In this document: piece by piece, positions 18,669 to 27,829 of the stretch
Layout of the letters: the number at the start of each line of letters is the position of its first letter
Position numbering within the stretch: the first letter of the stretch is position 1
From: an uncultured Chloroflexia bacterium
GTDB lineage: Bacteria; Chloroflexota; Limnocylindria; Limnocylindrales; CSP1-4
Direction of reading: 5' to 3'
Length of the DNA: 64,000 nucleotides
NCBI GenBank assembly: GCA_963796715.1
Contig: CAWCMN010000005.1
Coordinates: 10,199-74,198, forward strand
Made by a program: the position numbers and the translations under genes
The notes under the pieces: generated by a model
The model's input: only the letters and a program-made list of their open reading frames with translations
What the model was told of the DNA's origin: nothing
Databases searched by the model: none

Positions 18669-19316
18669 TCAGCTCGCGCTGGAGACCGTCGCCAGGTCTT
18701 CTGGCCGGTCGGCGGCGCCCGCGGAGCCGGCGGTCGCCGCCGCTAGGCGCCCGGGTTCCCACTCGGTGGACAGGATGCCCATCTGGACCTCGTCGACGTA
18801 GTGGCCGTCGCGCCAGATCGCCTCGCGCAGGCGACCCTCGACGCGGAAACCGGCCTTCTGGTACGCCCGGATGGCCCGCTCGTTGAACGCGAACACACTC
18901 AGGCCGACGCGATGGAGGCCCAGGCGCCGGAAGGCGTGGTCCAGCATCAGCTCGGTCGCCTCGGTGCCCATGCCGCGGCCCCACGCGTCGCGTTCCCCGA
19001 TCGTGATGTGGAACAGGGCCGACCCGTTGTCCGGGTCGAGTGCGCTGAAGGTGGTCAGGCCGATCAGGCGATCCCCCAGCCGCTCATGGATGGCGTAGGC
19101 CATGGCCTCGGGGGCGATGAGCCGGGAGCGGAAGAACTGGGCCACCTCGTCGGTGCTCATGGGTCGCGTCTGGTAGCGGGTCAGGCGGGCCAGCTCGGGG
19201 TCGTGGTACCACCGCACCACGGCCGGCAGGTTCTCCTGGCGATGCCGCCGCAGGGTGACCGACCGGCCCTGGATGGCCGCGGGATGCCACTGGTCGCGAT
19301 CGAACTCGGCCGACAT
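18669..19316 (-). CDS. GNAT N-acetyltransferase (RimJ/RimL family)
   Basis: WGRGMGTEA, LHRVGLSVFAFNERAIRAYQKAGFRVEGRLRE. Confidence 0.92.
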   Translation of the reverse strand: MSAEFDRDQWHPAAIQGRSVTLRRHRQENLPAVVRWYHDPELARLTRYQTRPMSTDEVAQFFRSRLIAPEAMAYAIHERLGDRLIGLTTFSALDPDNGSALFHITIGERDAWGRGMGTEATELMLDHAFRRLGLHRVGLSVFAFNERAIRAYQKAGFRVEGRLREAIWRDGHYVDEVQMGILSTEWEPGRLAAATAGSAGAADRPEDLATVSSAS

Positions 19317-19344
19317 GGGAGGGCGATGCTATACCATCGCTCGG

Positions 19345-21030
19345 ATGCGCCGTTGGAGCGAGACGGCCGAGCGCGTGGCGGCCACGAGCCGCACCTCGGA
19401 GAAGGTCCGCATCCTGGCCGAGTACCTCCGCACCCTCACTCCCGCGGAGCTGCCGACCGCCGTCACGTTCTTCACTGGTCGGCCCTTCCCCGAGCGCGAT
19501 CCGCGCGTCCTGGGCCTGGGCTGGGCGGCCATCGGTGAAGCCGTGCAGGCCGAGGCGGACGCCGAACCGGGTGCGCTCGGCCGGGCCTACGACCGCTCAT
19601 CCGACCTTGGCCAGGCGGTGTTCGACCTGTTCAGCGAGTCCAGGCGGCGCCCCTCGGGTGAGCTCCCGACCGTCACCGATGTGCGCGACGCGTTCGCCTC
19701 CATCGCCACCGCCAGCGGCCCCGCCGCCAAGTCCGTGCCGCTGCGGACGCTCCTCTGGCGCAGCGACCCGCTGGTCGCCAAGTACCTCGTCAAGGTCATG
19801 AGCGGCGACATGCGGATCGGCCTCCGTGAGGGCAACCTCGAGGCCGCCGTCGCCGCCGCGTTCGACCGGCCCCTGCCGGCCGTGCAGTGGGCGGGCATGC
19901 TGACCGGCGACCTCGGCCACACGGCCGAATTGGCGCGCGACGACCGCCTGGACGAGGCCGAGCTGACCCTCTTCCGCCCGCTCAAGTCGATGCTCGCGTC
20001 GCCGGCCGCGGACGTGGCCGAGGTGACCGCACGGCTTGGCACGCCCGTCTGGGTCGAGGACAAGTACGACGGCATCCGCGCCCAGCTGCACCGGCTGGCC
20101 GGCGAGACGCGCCTGTACAGCCGCGACCTGCACGACGTCTCGGGGCAGTTCCCGGAGGTCATCGCCGCGGCGGGTGACCTGGCCTGGTCGGGCATCCTCG
20201 ACGGCGAGCTGCTGGGCTGGCGCGACGGCACGGCCCTGCCCTTCCAGCAGCTGCAGGGGCGGCTCGGCCGCAAGGGCCCGAGCGCGGCGGTGCTGGCCGC
20301 GACGCCGGTGATCTTCGTGGCCTTCGACCTGCTGGCCAGCGGCGCAGGCGCCGCGACCCCCGAGCCGCTGCTGCGCGCGCCGCTGCGGGAGCGCCGCAAG
20401 CGGCTGGAGGGGCTCGGGCTCGGCGAGCGGCCCGGCTTCGGCCTGTCGCACCTGGAGACGGCCGCCTCGGAGGCCGAGCTCGACGAGCGCTTCACGGCGG
20501 CCCGTGCACGGGGCAACGAGGGGCTCATGGTCAAGGATCCCGCCAGCGGCTACTCGCCGGGCCGCCGCGGCTTCGGGTGGCTCAAGCTCAAGCGGCCGCT
20601 GGCGACGCTGGACTGCGTCGTGGTGGGCGTGGAGGTCGGCCACGGGAAGCGCCACGGCGTCCTCTCCGATTACACCTTCGCCGTGCGCGACGACCGGCCG
20701 GACGCGCCGCATCCCCTGGCCACGATCGGCAAGGCCTACAGCGGCCTGACGGACGCCGAGCTGGCGGACATGACGCGCTGGTTCAGCGACCACACCATCT
20801 CGATCCACGGCCGCTACCGCGTGGTGGAGCCCACCGTCGTGGTGGAGGTAGCTTTTGACGTGGTCCAGCGCTCGCGCCGCCACGCCTCCGGCTATGCGCT
20901 GCGGTTCCCCCGCATCGCCCGCCTGCGCGACGACAAGGGCCCCGACGAGATCGACCGGCTGTCCACCGTGGCGGCGCTCGAGGCCCGCCTCGCCGCCGGC
21001 GCCCACGTGGTGGTCGAGACGACCGCCTGA
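19345..21030 (+). CDS. ATP-dependent DNA ligase (DBD + adenylation + OB domains)
   Basis: Motif I VEDKYDGIR, ILDGE, FVAFDLL, EGLMVK, WLKLK, LRFPRI; start placed 7 nt after TACCAT. Confidence 0.95.
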   Translation: MRRWSETAERVAATSRTSEKVRILAEYLRTLTPAELPTAVTFFTGRPFPERDPRVLGLGWAAIGEAVQAEADAEPGALGRAYDRSSDLGQAVFDLFSESRRRPSGELPTVTDVRDAFASIATASGPAAKSVPLRTLLWRSDPLVAKYLVKVMSGDMRIGLREGNLEAAVAAAFDRPLPAVQWAGMLTGDLGHTAELARDDRLDEAELTLFRPLKSMLASPAADVAEVTARLGTPVWVEDKYDGIRAQLHRLAGETRLYSRDLHDVSGQFPEVIAAAGDLAWSGILDGELLGWRDGTALPFQQLQGRLGRKGPSAAVLAATPVIFVAFDLLASGAGAATPEPLLRAPLRERRKRLEGLGLGERPGFGLSHLETAASEAELDERFTAARARGNEGLMVKDPASGYSPGRRGFGWLKLKRPLATLDCVVVGVEVGHGKRHGVLSDYTFAVRDDRPDAPHPLATIGKAYSGLTDAELADMTRWFSDHTISIHGRYRVVEPTVVVEVAFDVVQRSRRHASGYALRFPRIARLRDDKGPDEIDRLSTVAALEARLAAGAHVVVETTA

Positions 21031-21037
21031 GGCGGCG

Positions 21038-21883
21038 TCAGCGGTCGACTGGCAGGTCCGCGCGCGCTCCCCAATCGGACCACCCGGCGTCGTACACGGC
21101 CACGTCGGGATAGCCAAGCAGCCCCAGCACGAAGGCCGCCTTGGCGGCGGCGATGCCGCTGCCGTCGTACGTCACGACGCGGCGTCCCCGCTGCACGCCG
21201 GCATCGGCGAAGAGCCGCCCGCAGGTCTCGGCATCGTGGAAGGTCTGATCGCCGGGAACCGTGAGCAGGGTGGCCGGGACATTCAGCGCGCCGGGGATGT
21301 GACCGAGGCGCACGGCGTTGCCACCCTGGCCGCGGTATTCCGCGGGCGCCCGCACATCCACGAGGTCGACGTCGCGGGAGCCCAGGAGCGCACGCACGTC
21401 GCCGGTCGAGAGCACGCGGCGGGGCTCCATGCGTGGCGTGAAGGTCGCCGGCTCTGGCGACGCGTGGGCCGCGGTGGAGATGGGGCGGCCGCTGCTGCGC
21501 CACGCCACCCACCCGCCATCGAGGACGCGGACGCTCTCGAAGCCGTAGACCTGCAGGCTCCACCACACGCGTCCGGCGTAGAGCGAGGCGGTGTCGTCAT
21601 ACAGCACGGCCGTCATCCCGTCGCCGATCCCGGCGCTGCCAACGGTCCGGGCCACAGCCTCCGGCCCGGCCAGCTGGAACGGCACGGCCTGGTCGCGGTC
21701 GACGAGCTCGTTGGCCCAGTCCAGGAAGGTGGCCCCGGGGATGTGGCCTTGCGCGTGCAGCTGGCGGGCGGAGCCATCCACGCGATAGCGGCAATCGACC
21801 ACCCGCACACCCTGGCGACCCAGGTGCTCGGCCAACCAGTCGGGGCTCGCGAGGAGCTCTGGTCGAGCGTAGGTGCCGCTCAT
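21038..21883 (-). CDS. Sulfurtransferase (double rhodanese, SseA/TST-like)
   Basis: GHIPGA in both domains, LDGGW, YDAGWSDW. The second active-site loop reads YDGSG, i.e. Asp where Cys is usual. Confidence 0.88.
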   Translation of the reverse strand: MSGTYARPELLASPDWLAEHLGRQGVRVVDCRYRVDGSARQLHAQGHIPGATFLDWANELVDRDQAVPFQLAGPEAVARTVGSAGIGDGMTAVLYDDTASLYAGRVWWSLQVYGFESVRVLDGGWVAWRSSGRPISTAAHASPEPATFTPRMEPRRVLSTGDVRALLGSRDVDLVDVRAPAEYRGQGGNAVRLGHIPGALNVPATLLTVPGDQTFHDAETCGRLFADAGVQRGRRVVTYDGSGIAAAKAAFVLGLLGYPDVAVYDAGWSDWGARADLPVDR

Positions 21884-21904
21884 CGACGGCTATGATAGCC
21901 GCCC

Positions 21905-23071
21905 ATGGTCGCGCCCTTTCAGCCCGACCCCGACAAGGTCGCGACGATCCGGGCGGCCCTCCCGGCCACGGGGGCGGGCATCTACCTGGACACCGCCACG
22001 GCCGGCCCGCTCTCCCTCGACGGCCTGCAGGCCATGCGCGAGCTCCTGTCGTACGAGGAGCGGGTCGGGCGCGCCGACGTCGACTCGCGCGAGGCCTTCG
22101 ATGAGCGGGCCGCGGAGGCCGGCGCCGTCCTGGCGACCATGATCGGGGCCGATCCGGACGCCGTCGAGCTGGTCCCCGGCACCACCGTGGGCATCGCGTG
22201 GGCGGCCGGCCTGCCCGCCTGGCGACCGGGCCAGCGGATCGTCACGACCGACGGGGAGCATCCCGCGGTGCTGGCGATGCTCGACGCCCTCGCGGCCCAC
22301 CGCGACCTCCAGCTCGTGCGGGTGCCCGTGGGCGAGGCGACAGACGACGAGCTTGTCGCCCGCTTCGGATCCGCCATCGATCGGCGGACCGGCCTGCTCG
22401 CGGTGAGCCACGTGACGTGGGACACCGGTACGGTCCTGCCGGTCGCGCGCCTGGCCGCGTTGGCCGGAGGCGTCGGGGCGTGGTCGGTGATCGATGGCGC
22501 CCAGGCGGTCGGGGCGATCCCCGTGACGGTGCCGGAGATCGGCGCCGACGTCTACGCGTTCTCCGGCTACAAGTGGCTGTTGGGGCCGCACGGCGTGGGC
22601 GGCCTGTGGCGTTCGACCCGAGCCCTGGCGGCACCGAAGCTCCCTGTCACAACGCTCCACCGGCCGTCGGTGGTGGCGCTGGGCCGCACCGTCGGCTGGC
22701 TGGAGATGCACGTGGGCCTCTCCTGGGCGCTCGAGCGTTCCACCCGTCTCGCTGCTGCCACGGCGGCGTCCCTTGCGGGCATCGAGGGCGTGGAGCTGCT
22801 GACGCCGGACCCGCCCGGGGCCACGCTCGTCACGTTCCGCATCGCCGGCTGGCCGGCGCCCGTCGCCCGCGCGGCCCTGGCCCGGCGCGTATTCGCCATC
22901 TGCGAGGCCCTCGAGACGCGTGACGCGATCCGCGCCAGCGTGGCCTGGTTCAACACCTCCGCGGAGCTCGAGCGGTTCGCCGGCGCCGTCGCCGAGCTGG
23001 CTCAGGCGACGCCGTCGACGCTGGCGGACCGGCCGCGTCTCGTGGTGCTGCCGGCGGATGGCGGCCGCTGA
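21905..23071 (+). CDS. Class V PLP aminotransferase (cysteine desulfurase-like)
   Basis: IYLDTATAG, TDGEH, SHVTWDTG, DGAQ, SGYKWLLGP (PLP lysine). Confidence 0.88.
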   Translation: MVAPFQPDPDKVATIRAALPATGAGIYLDTATAGPLSLDGLQAMRELLSYEERVGRADVDSREAFDERAAEAGAVLATMIGADPDAVELVPGTTVGIAWAAGLPAWRPGQRIVTTDGEHPAVLAMLDALAAHRDLQLVRVPVGEATDDELVARFGSAIDRRTGLLAVSHVTWDTGTVLPVARLAALAGGVGAWSVIDGAQAVGAIPVTVPEIGADVYAFSGYKWLLGPHGVGGLWRSTRALAAPKLPVTTLHRPSVVALGRTVGWLEMHVGLSWALERSTRLAAATAASLAGIEGVELLTPDPPGATLVTFRIAGWPAPVARAALARRVFAICEALETRDAIRASVAWFNTSAELERFAGAVAELAQATPSTLADRPRLVVLPADGGR

Positions 23072-23072
23072 G

Positions 23073-23465
23073 ATGAGCGAACCCCGTCCCGTCCGCCGGC
23101 GGTCCTGGCTGGAGGTCCGCTGGCGCCAGTTCCGCAACGCGCCACGGCCGGTCGTGCGGGCCGTGACGGCCGACCTGGCGGTCGCGATCGTGGGCGGCGT
23201 CCTCCTCCTGATCGACCGGCAGTCGCTGACGCACGGCGCGACCCAGGCCGGGGCGGGGGACCTCGCCCCCGCTGTGGCCCTCTTCGTGGTGGCGGTCGTC
23301 GTGGCCGGTTCGGCGCTGACGTGGCTGTGGGTGCCCCAGCCGGGCCCGGGGGGCGGCACGCGCCGGTCGGCCTGGAGCGCGATGCTGGGGCTCTTCGCGG
23401 CCCTGCCGATCGCCTACCTCGTCCTCGTCCTCGTCTTCCAGGTCATCGGGCCGCTGCTGGGGTGA
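23073..23465 (+). CDS. Hypothetical membrane protein
   Basis: ATG 2 nt after the upstream stop; three hydrophobic segments. Confidence 0.72.
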   Translation: MSEPRPVRRRSWLEVRWRQFRNAPRPVVRAVTADLAVAIVGGVLLLIDRQSLTHGATQAGAGDLAPAVALFVVAVVVAGSALTWLWVPQPGPGGGTRRSAWSAMLGLFAALPIAYLVLVLVFQVIGPLLG

Positions 23466-23490
23466 TCGGCATGCCGTTGTCAGGCGAACG

Positions 23491-24096
23491 GTGCCAGCTG
23501 GCACCGTTTCGTACAGCGTGCGAGGGTACGTTCGGGGTATACCCGGGGCCGCGACCGGCCGTATCCTGCGGTGGAGAGTCATACCAACAGGGGAGTCGAC
23601 AAGCTTGAGTCCACGCGCCACGCGGCCGCCCAAGGAGGGCCCTGCCCAGCCGTCGACCCGTCGGCGGCCGTCGCTGCCCACCACCCGGGGACGGAAGGCG
23701 GCCGCCACCGATGGCGCGTCGCCGAGCGCCGCCGTCGCCCCCGAGTCGGGCGCCGCGAGCACGGCCGACGCGGCTGCCACCGAGACGACGCGCGAGCCCA
23801 TCTCCTGGATCGAGATGTCCCAGCCCGCCGCCTCCGTGCCGCACATGGCCATGCCCAAGCTCATGGGCCAGCCCGCCTACGCGCGGCCACCGCGGCCCCT
23901 GGCGGTCGCAACGCCCCGGCCCCTGGATCCCGATGACCTGCCGATCGAGGCGTTCCGCAGCGAGGAAGACCAGGAGCTGGCGACCCGCCTGGCACACCGC
24001 GGCGCCGACCTCGACGCGGCCCAGGGCGTCACGCTCCGTCCCTCGAGCGTCGGCGGGCTGCGGGGCATCGCCGGACGGCTCCTGGGGCGCGGCTGA
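23491..24096 (+). CDS. Hypothetical low-complexity protein (start uncertain)
   Basis: Only gap-filling ORF with a plausible C-terminal half (MAMPKLMGQPAYARPP...PLDPDDLPIEA). Confidence 0.5.
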   Translation: MPAGTVSYSVRGYVRGIPGAATGRILRWRVIPTGESTSLSPRATRPPKEGPAQPSTRRRPSLPTTRGRKAAATDGASPSAAVAPESGAASTADAAATETTREPISWIEMSQPAASVPHMAMPKLMGQPAYARPPRPLAVATPRPLDPDDLPIEAFRSEEDQELATRLAHRGADLDAAQGVTLRPSSVGGLRGIAGRLLGRG

Positions 24097-24124
24097 CCCT
24101 ACAATGACCGCCGGCCTCGTCGGC

Positions 24125-24200
24125 GGGGGAGTAGCTCAGCGGTGAGAGCAGGAGGCTTATACCCTCCATGTCGGTGGTTCGAATCCATCCTCCCCTACCA
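24125..24200 (+). tRNA. tRNA-Ile, anticodon UAU (TAT)
   Basis: Complete 76-nt cloverleaf: acceptor GGGGGAG/CTCCCCT, D stem GCTC/GAGC, anticodon stem GGAGG/CCTCC with loop CTTATAC, T arm GGTGG-TTCGAAT-CCATC, discriminator A plus encoded CCA. TACAAT at 24100-24105 upstream. Confidence 0.9.
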
Positions 24201-24280
24201 ACACGCAGCGGGCCCTCAGAACCTTTTCAGGAGCGGTGACGAAACTGGGGTAACGAGCCCAGGAAAGGAACCGTTACCTC

Positions 24281-25273
24281 GTGGATCTCTATCCCGCACC
24301 CCAGGACCCCCGTCCGGAGCCCACCGAGCCGGCTGATACGCCGACCGGCTTCACCCCCGGCACCCCGCCGAACCCGCCGTCCACGCCCCTCTGGTGGTCG
24401 GCGCCGGCCCTGCCGCCGACCCAGCCGGTCCTCACGGGCCAGCCACCGCGGGCGCCCCGCAGGGGTGGCGGCTTCGTCTCCCTGTTCATGGCCGCCCTGC
24501 TCGGCGCCCTGCTGGCCTCCGGGGGCACCTTCGTGACGCTCGAGGCCGTTGGCGTCGGCGCCGCCCCAACGGCCGCCCCGGCGGCCACGACGAGCGCCAA
24601 CTCGGCCGACCAGGCGTCGTCCAAGACGGCCGCCACTGGCGACCCCGACGCGGACATCGTGGCCGCGGCCGCCAAGGTCAGCCCGGCCGTCGTGACGATC
24701 ACGACGCAGTCAACGTCCAGCAACGGCTTCGGGCGTGGCTTCCAGACGACCGGCGTCGGCTCGGGCACGATCTTCAACAGTGCGGGGTGGATCCTGACCA
24801 ACCGCCACGTCGTCGAGGGCGCCACGAGCGTGTCCGTGCAGCTCGCCGACGGACGCACGCTCACCGGCACCGTCTATGGCGAGTCGTCCACGACCGACCT
24901 GGCCATCGTCAAGATCGACGCGACCGGCCTGCCGACGGCCGCCGTCGGCGACTCCACGACGCTGGTCGTCGGCCAGCGGGTCATCGCCATCGGCGATCCG
25001 CTGGGTGACTTCCAGAGCACCGTGACGACCGGCATCGTGTCCGGCCTGAATCGCTCGATCGACGTCGAGAACGAAAGTCTGACGGGCCTCATCCAGACCG
25101 ATGCCGCGATCAACCCTGGCAACAGCGGCGGTCCGATGCTTGACACGGCCGGCGAGATCGTGGGCATCAACACCGCCACGGCCTCGACGGCGCAGGGCAT
25201 CTCCTTCGCCATCCCGGTGGCCGTCGCGAAGCCCCTGATGGCGGCCGCCCTGGCCGGTCAGCCCATCCCGTAG
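24281..25273 (+). CDS. Membrane-anchored trypsin-like (HtrA-type) serine protease without PDZ
   Basis: Triad motifs ILTNRHVV, TDLAIVK, DAAINPGNSGGP; ends shortly after the protease domain. Confidence 0.9.
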   Translation: MDLYPAPQDPRPEPTEPADTPTGFTPGTPPNPPSTPLWWSAPALPPTQPVLTGQPPRAPRRGGGFVSLFMAALLGALLASGGTFVTLEAVGVGAAPTAAPAATTSANSADQASSKTAATGDPDADIVAAAAKVSPAVVTITTQSTSSNGFGRGFQTTGVGSGTIFNSAGWILTNRHVVEGATSVSVQLADGRTLTGTVYGESSTTDLAIVKIDATGLPTAAVGDSTTLVVGQRVIAIGDPLGDFQSTVTTGIVSGLNRSIDVENESLTGLIQTDAAINPGNSGGPMLDTAGEIVGINTATASTAQGISFAIPVAVAKPLMAAALAGQPIP

Positions 25274-25395
25274 CCCCCATGGCCTGCGGGCCATGACCTC
25301 CGGGGCGGGCCGGTCCGACCCACGTACCATTGTCGGCCCGCCCAGCCACGGCGCATCCTCCGGAGGCTCCGGGCCTTTCGGCCCAGCCCCGGAGG

Positions 25396-26865
25396 ATGCC
25401 CTTGTTGGTCCGCCATATCCGTCTCCCTGGCCGGCATCGGCGAGCGCACGTCGCGGCACTCACCGGCGCCTTGCTGCTCGCTCTCGTGGTCAGCCTGCCC
25501 GCCTTCGCGGCGGATGGGGCGCCCACGCTGACGAACGGCACGATCTCCCCGGCCGGGGGCGCAGCGGGCACGAGCTTCACCGTTCGCGTCACCTACACGA
25601 GCTCGGGCCACGGCGGCCACGGCTGGCGGCCCGCCTACGTGACGCTCTGGCTCGGCTCGAAGTCGACGCCCATGGCGGCGGTCGACCCGAAGGACACCGA
25701 CTACCACGACGGCGCGGTGTTCGGCGCGACGGTCAAGCCGGCAGCCGGGACCTACGCCGTGGTCATCCGGGCAGCCGACAGTCGCCTGTTCCCCCGCACG
25801 GCGGTCCTTGACCTGCCGTCGCTCGTGGTCGGGCCGGCGCCCATGCCGACGCCCAGGCCCACCCCGAAGCCCACGCCAAGGCCGACCCCGACGCCCGCCC
25901 CACGTGCGACCCCGCGCACCACGCCGGCGCCCCCGCCCGCGACCGTGATCGCCACGCCGTCAGCGACGCCGACCGAGCCCTTCGTCCTGACGCTCCCGGT
26001 CACGCTGCCCACCCCGTCCGCCAGCGTCGTCCCGTCGCCGAGCGCCGCGCCGGTCGTCGCGGCAGCCGGGTCCACGGGTGGATCCGGAGGCTCCGGCGCG
26101 ATCCGCGCATCGCTGGCCGCCCTGACCGCCGGCCTCCCACCGGTCGGCTCGCCCGCGTGGATCGAGCTGCTGACGCGCCAGATGGCCGTCGCCGTCGGGG
26201 CCACCACGATGATGGCGATGGCGCTCTTCACCTTCGGCCGACGGCGGCGCGACGATGAGGAGGCCGGCGCGCCCCCGGCCCCCGATGCGTACGCGTCCCC
26301 GCCGCCCCTGTCGGAGCAGCTGGCGGCCGAATACGTCGCCCTCCCCGAGCTCGGCGAGCTGGCCGGCGAGGCCGGCATGCCCCGCTGGCGCCGGCCCTCG
26401 CTGCGGGCCGCCCGCGAATCCAAGGGCACCGACCTCCGGGCCCTGGAGGCCCAGCGCCTGACCTTCAGCCACACCGAGTACGCCGTCTCGCACGGGCTTG
26501 AACGCCGGCGCCTGCGCTACCGCATGGTCCGCCTGAGCGACGCCCCCGACGAGATCCGGAGCGCCGAGCTGGCCCTCCTCGATCAAGGGGACGAGGTCGA
26601 GCTGCTCCAGCAGTCGGGCCAGTACTGGCAGGTCAGCACGCCGACGGGCCTCGTCGGCTGGGTCCATCGCATGACCCTTGGCGACGTGGTGGCGGCTCCC
26701 GCGGCCCCGACGCCTCCACCGTGGCAGCAGCCGTCGCCCGCGATGGGCATCCAGGATGGTCCGGACGCAGCCGAGCCGGCGGCCGAGCAGGCCGAACCGG
26801 CCGAAGCGGATCCTTACAACGAGGGGCTGGCCCAGCGCCTGGTCCGCGAGCGGTTCACCCTCTGA
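25396..26865 (+). CDS. Exported/membrane protein with Pro/Thr linker, TM segment and C-terminal SH3-like domain
   Basis: Signal peptide (..LVVSLPAFA), PTPRPTPKPT repeats, TM then RRRR, C-terminal GDEVELLQQSGQYWQVSTPTGLVGWV. Confidence 0.72.
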   Translation: MPLLVRHIRLPGRHRRAHVAALTGALLLALVVSLPAFAADGAPTLTNGTISPAGGAAGTSFTVRVTYTSSGHGGHGWRPAYVTLWLGSKSTPMAAVDPKDTDYHDGAVFGATVKPAAGTYAVVIRAADSRLFPRTAVLDLPSLVVGPAPMPTPRPTPKPTPRPTPTPAPRATPRTTPAPPPATVIATPSATPTEPFVLTLPVTLPTPSASVVPSPSAAPVVAAAGSTGGSGGSGAIRASLAALTAGLPPVGSPAWIELLTRQMAVAVGATTMMAMALFTFGRRRRDDEEAGAPPAPDAYASPPPLSEQLAAEYVALPELGELAGEAGMPRWRRPSLRAARESKGTDLRALEAQRLTFSHTEYAVSHGLERRRLRYRMVRLSDAPDEIRSAELALLDQGDEVELLQQSGQYWQVSTPTGLVGWVHRMTLGDVVAAPAAPTPPPWQQPSPAMGIQDGPDAAEPAAEQAEPAEADPYNEGLAQRLVRERFTL

Positions 26866-26869
26866 CGGA

Positions 26870-27790
26870 TCACGCCCGCAGCACCAGCACGTGCTGGTGG
26901 ACGATGTTGGGCACGAAGCTGCGCGGATAGCCGTACGGCCGCAGGCGCGTCCCCACCTGGTACCAGATCAGGTCGCCCTTGGGCACCAGGCCGGCGGCCT
27001 CCGCACGCGCGGCGAGGTCCGAGGCGGTGAAGCGGTACCGACCATCCTGGTACGCGTCGCGCACGATGACCGTGGCGTAGCGGCCCGGCCGCAGGACGCG
27101 CCGGACCTGGGCGAGGACAGCACCCATGCGGTCCAGGTACTCCGGGTAGCCGGGGCTGTTGGCCAGGTCGGCCGGGTCGTCACTGACCATGCGGTAGTCC
27201 GTGCGCCGGTTCGCGTGGACGAGGGCGAGCGGGCCACCGGCCATCGTCATGGGCAGCTGCGGGTTGTACGGCGGATCGGTCGCCACGAAGTCGATCGACC
27301 CGTCGGCAACATCGGCGAAATGGGCCATGGCGTCACCCACCAGGAGCTGGCAGCCCGAGGGATCGAAGGCGCGCGGGCCACCGGGATCGGCGTTGCCCAG
27401 GTCCGCCAGGAGGGGGCCCAGGCCGTCCCGCTCGGCCAGGGCCGCACGCACGACCTCCTCGTAGATGGCTGCCCAGCGGGCCTCCAGTTCGAAGCCGATG
27501 GCCCGACGCGGACGGCGGCAGATGGCCGCCCCCAGGAGTGTGCCGCCCACCCCGGCGAAGGGGTCCAGGACCAGCTCATCGCCGCGGGTGAAGAACTCGA
27601 TCAGGCGGGCCATGAGGCGAGGCGGCTTGTTGGCGCCGTGCGCGCGTCGCGCGGCGTGGCCGAGCTCTGACGGATAGGCCGTGGTCCACAGCGAACGGGT
27701 GAAGTAGAGCCACGCGTCGCCGCCCAGCTCGTTCAGGGCGTTGGACCGGTGCACCGGCGCACCGTCGGGCCTGTCAGCACCACCTCGCAC
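26870..27790 (-). CDS. Orphan amino (N4-C/N6-A)-type methyltransferase
   Basis: HGANKP, VLDPFAGVGGT (motif I), DFVATDPPY (motif IV); start 27790 or 27754. Confidence 0.85.
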   Translation of the reverse strand: MRGGADRPDGAPVHRSNALNELGGDAWLYFTRSLWTTAYPSELGHAARRAHGANKPPRLMARLIEFFTRGDELVLDPFAGVGGTLLGAAICRRPRRAIGFELEARWAAIYEEVVRAALAERDGLGPLLADLGNADPGGPRAFDPSGCQLLVGDAMAHFADVADGSIDFVATDPPYNPQLPMTMAGGPLALVHANRRTDYRMVSDDPADLANSPGYPEYLDRMGAVLAQVRRVLRPGRYATVIVRDAYQDGRYRFTASDLAARAEAAGLVPKGDLIWYQVGTRLRPYGYPRSFVPNIVHQHVLVLRA

Positions 27791-27829
27791 GAGGGAAGTA
27801 TCCCGTACTGCGGCCGCTATCCTGTGGCC

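Noticed and set aside
24125-25273. tRNA as an integration site for an island
   Set aside because: No integrase, no duplicated tRNA 3' end in the window, and no compositional shift after the tRNA.
25850-25980. PTPRPTPKPT repeats as a tandem-repeat element
   Set aside because: Ordinary Pro/Thr linker coding sequence; similar linkers occur at 46600-46710 and 62700-62800.
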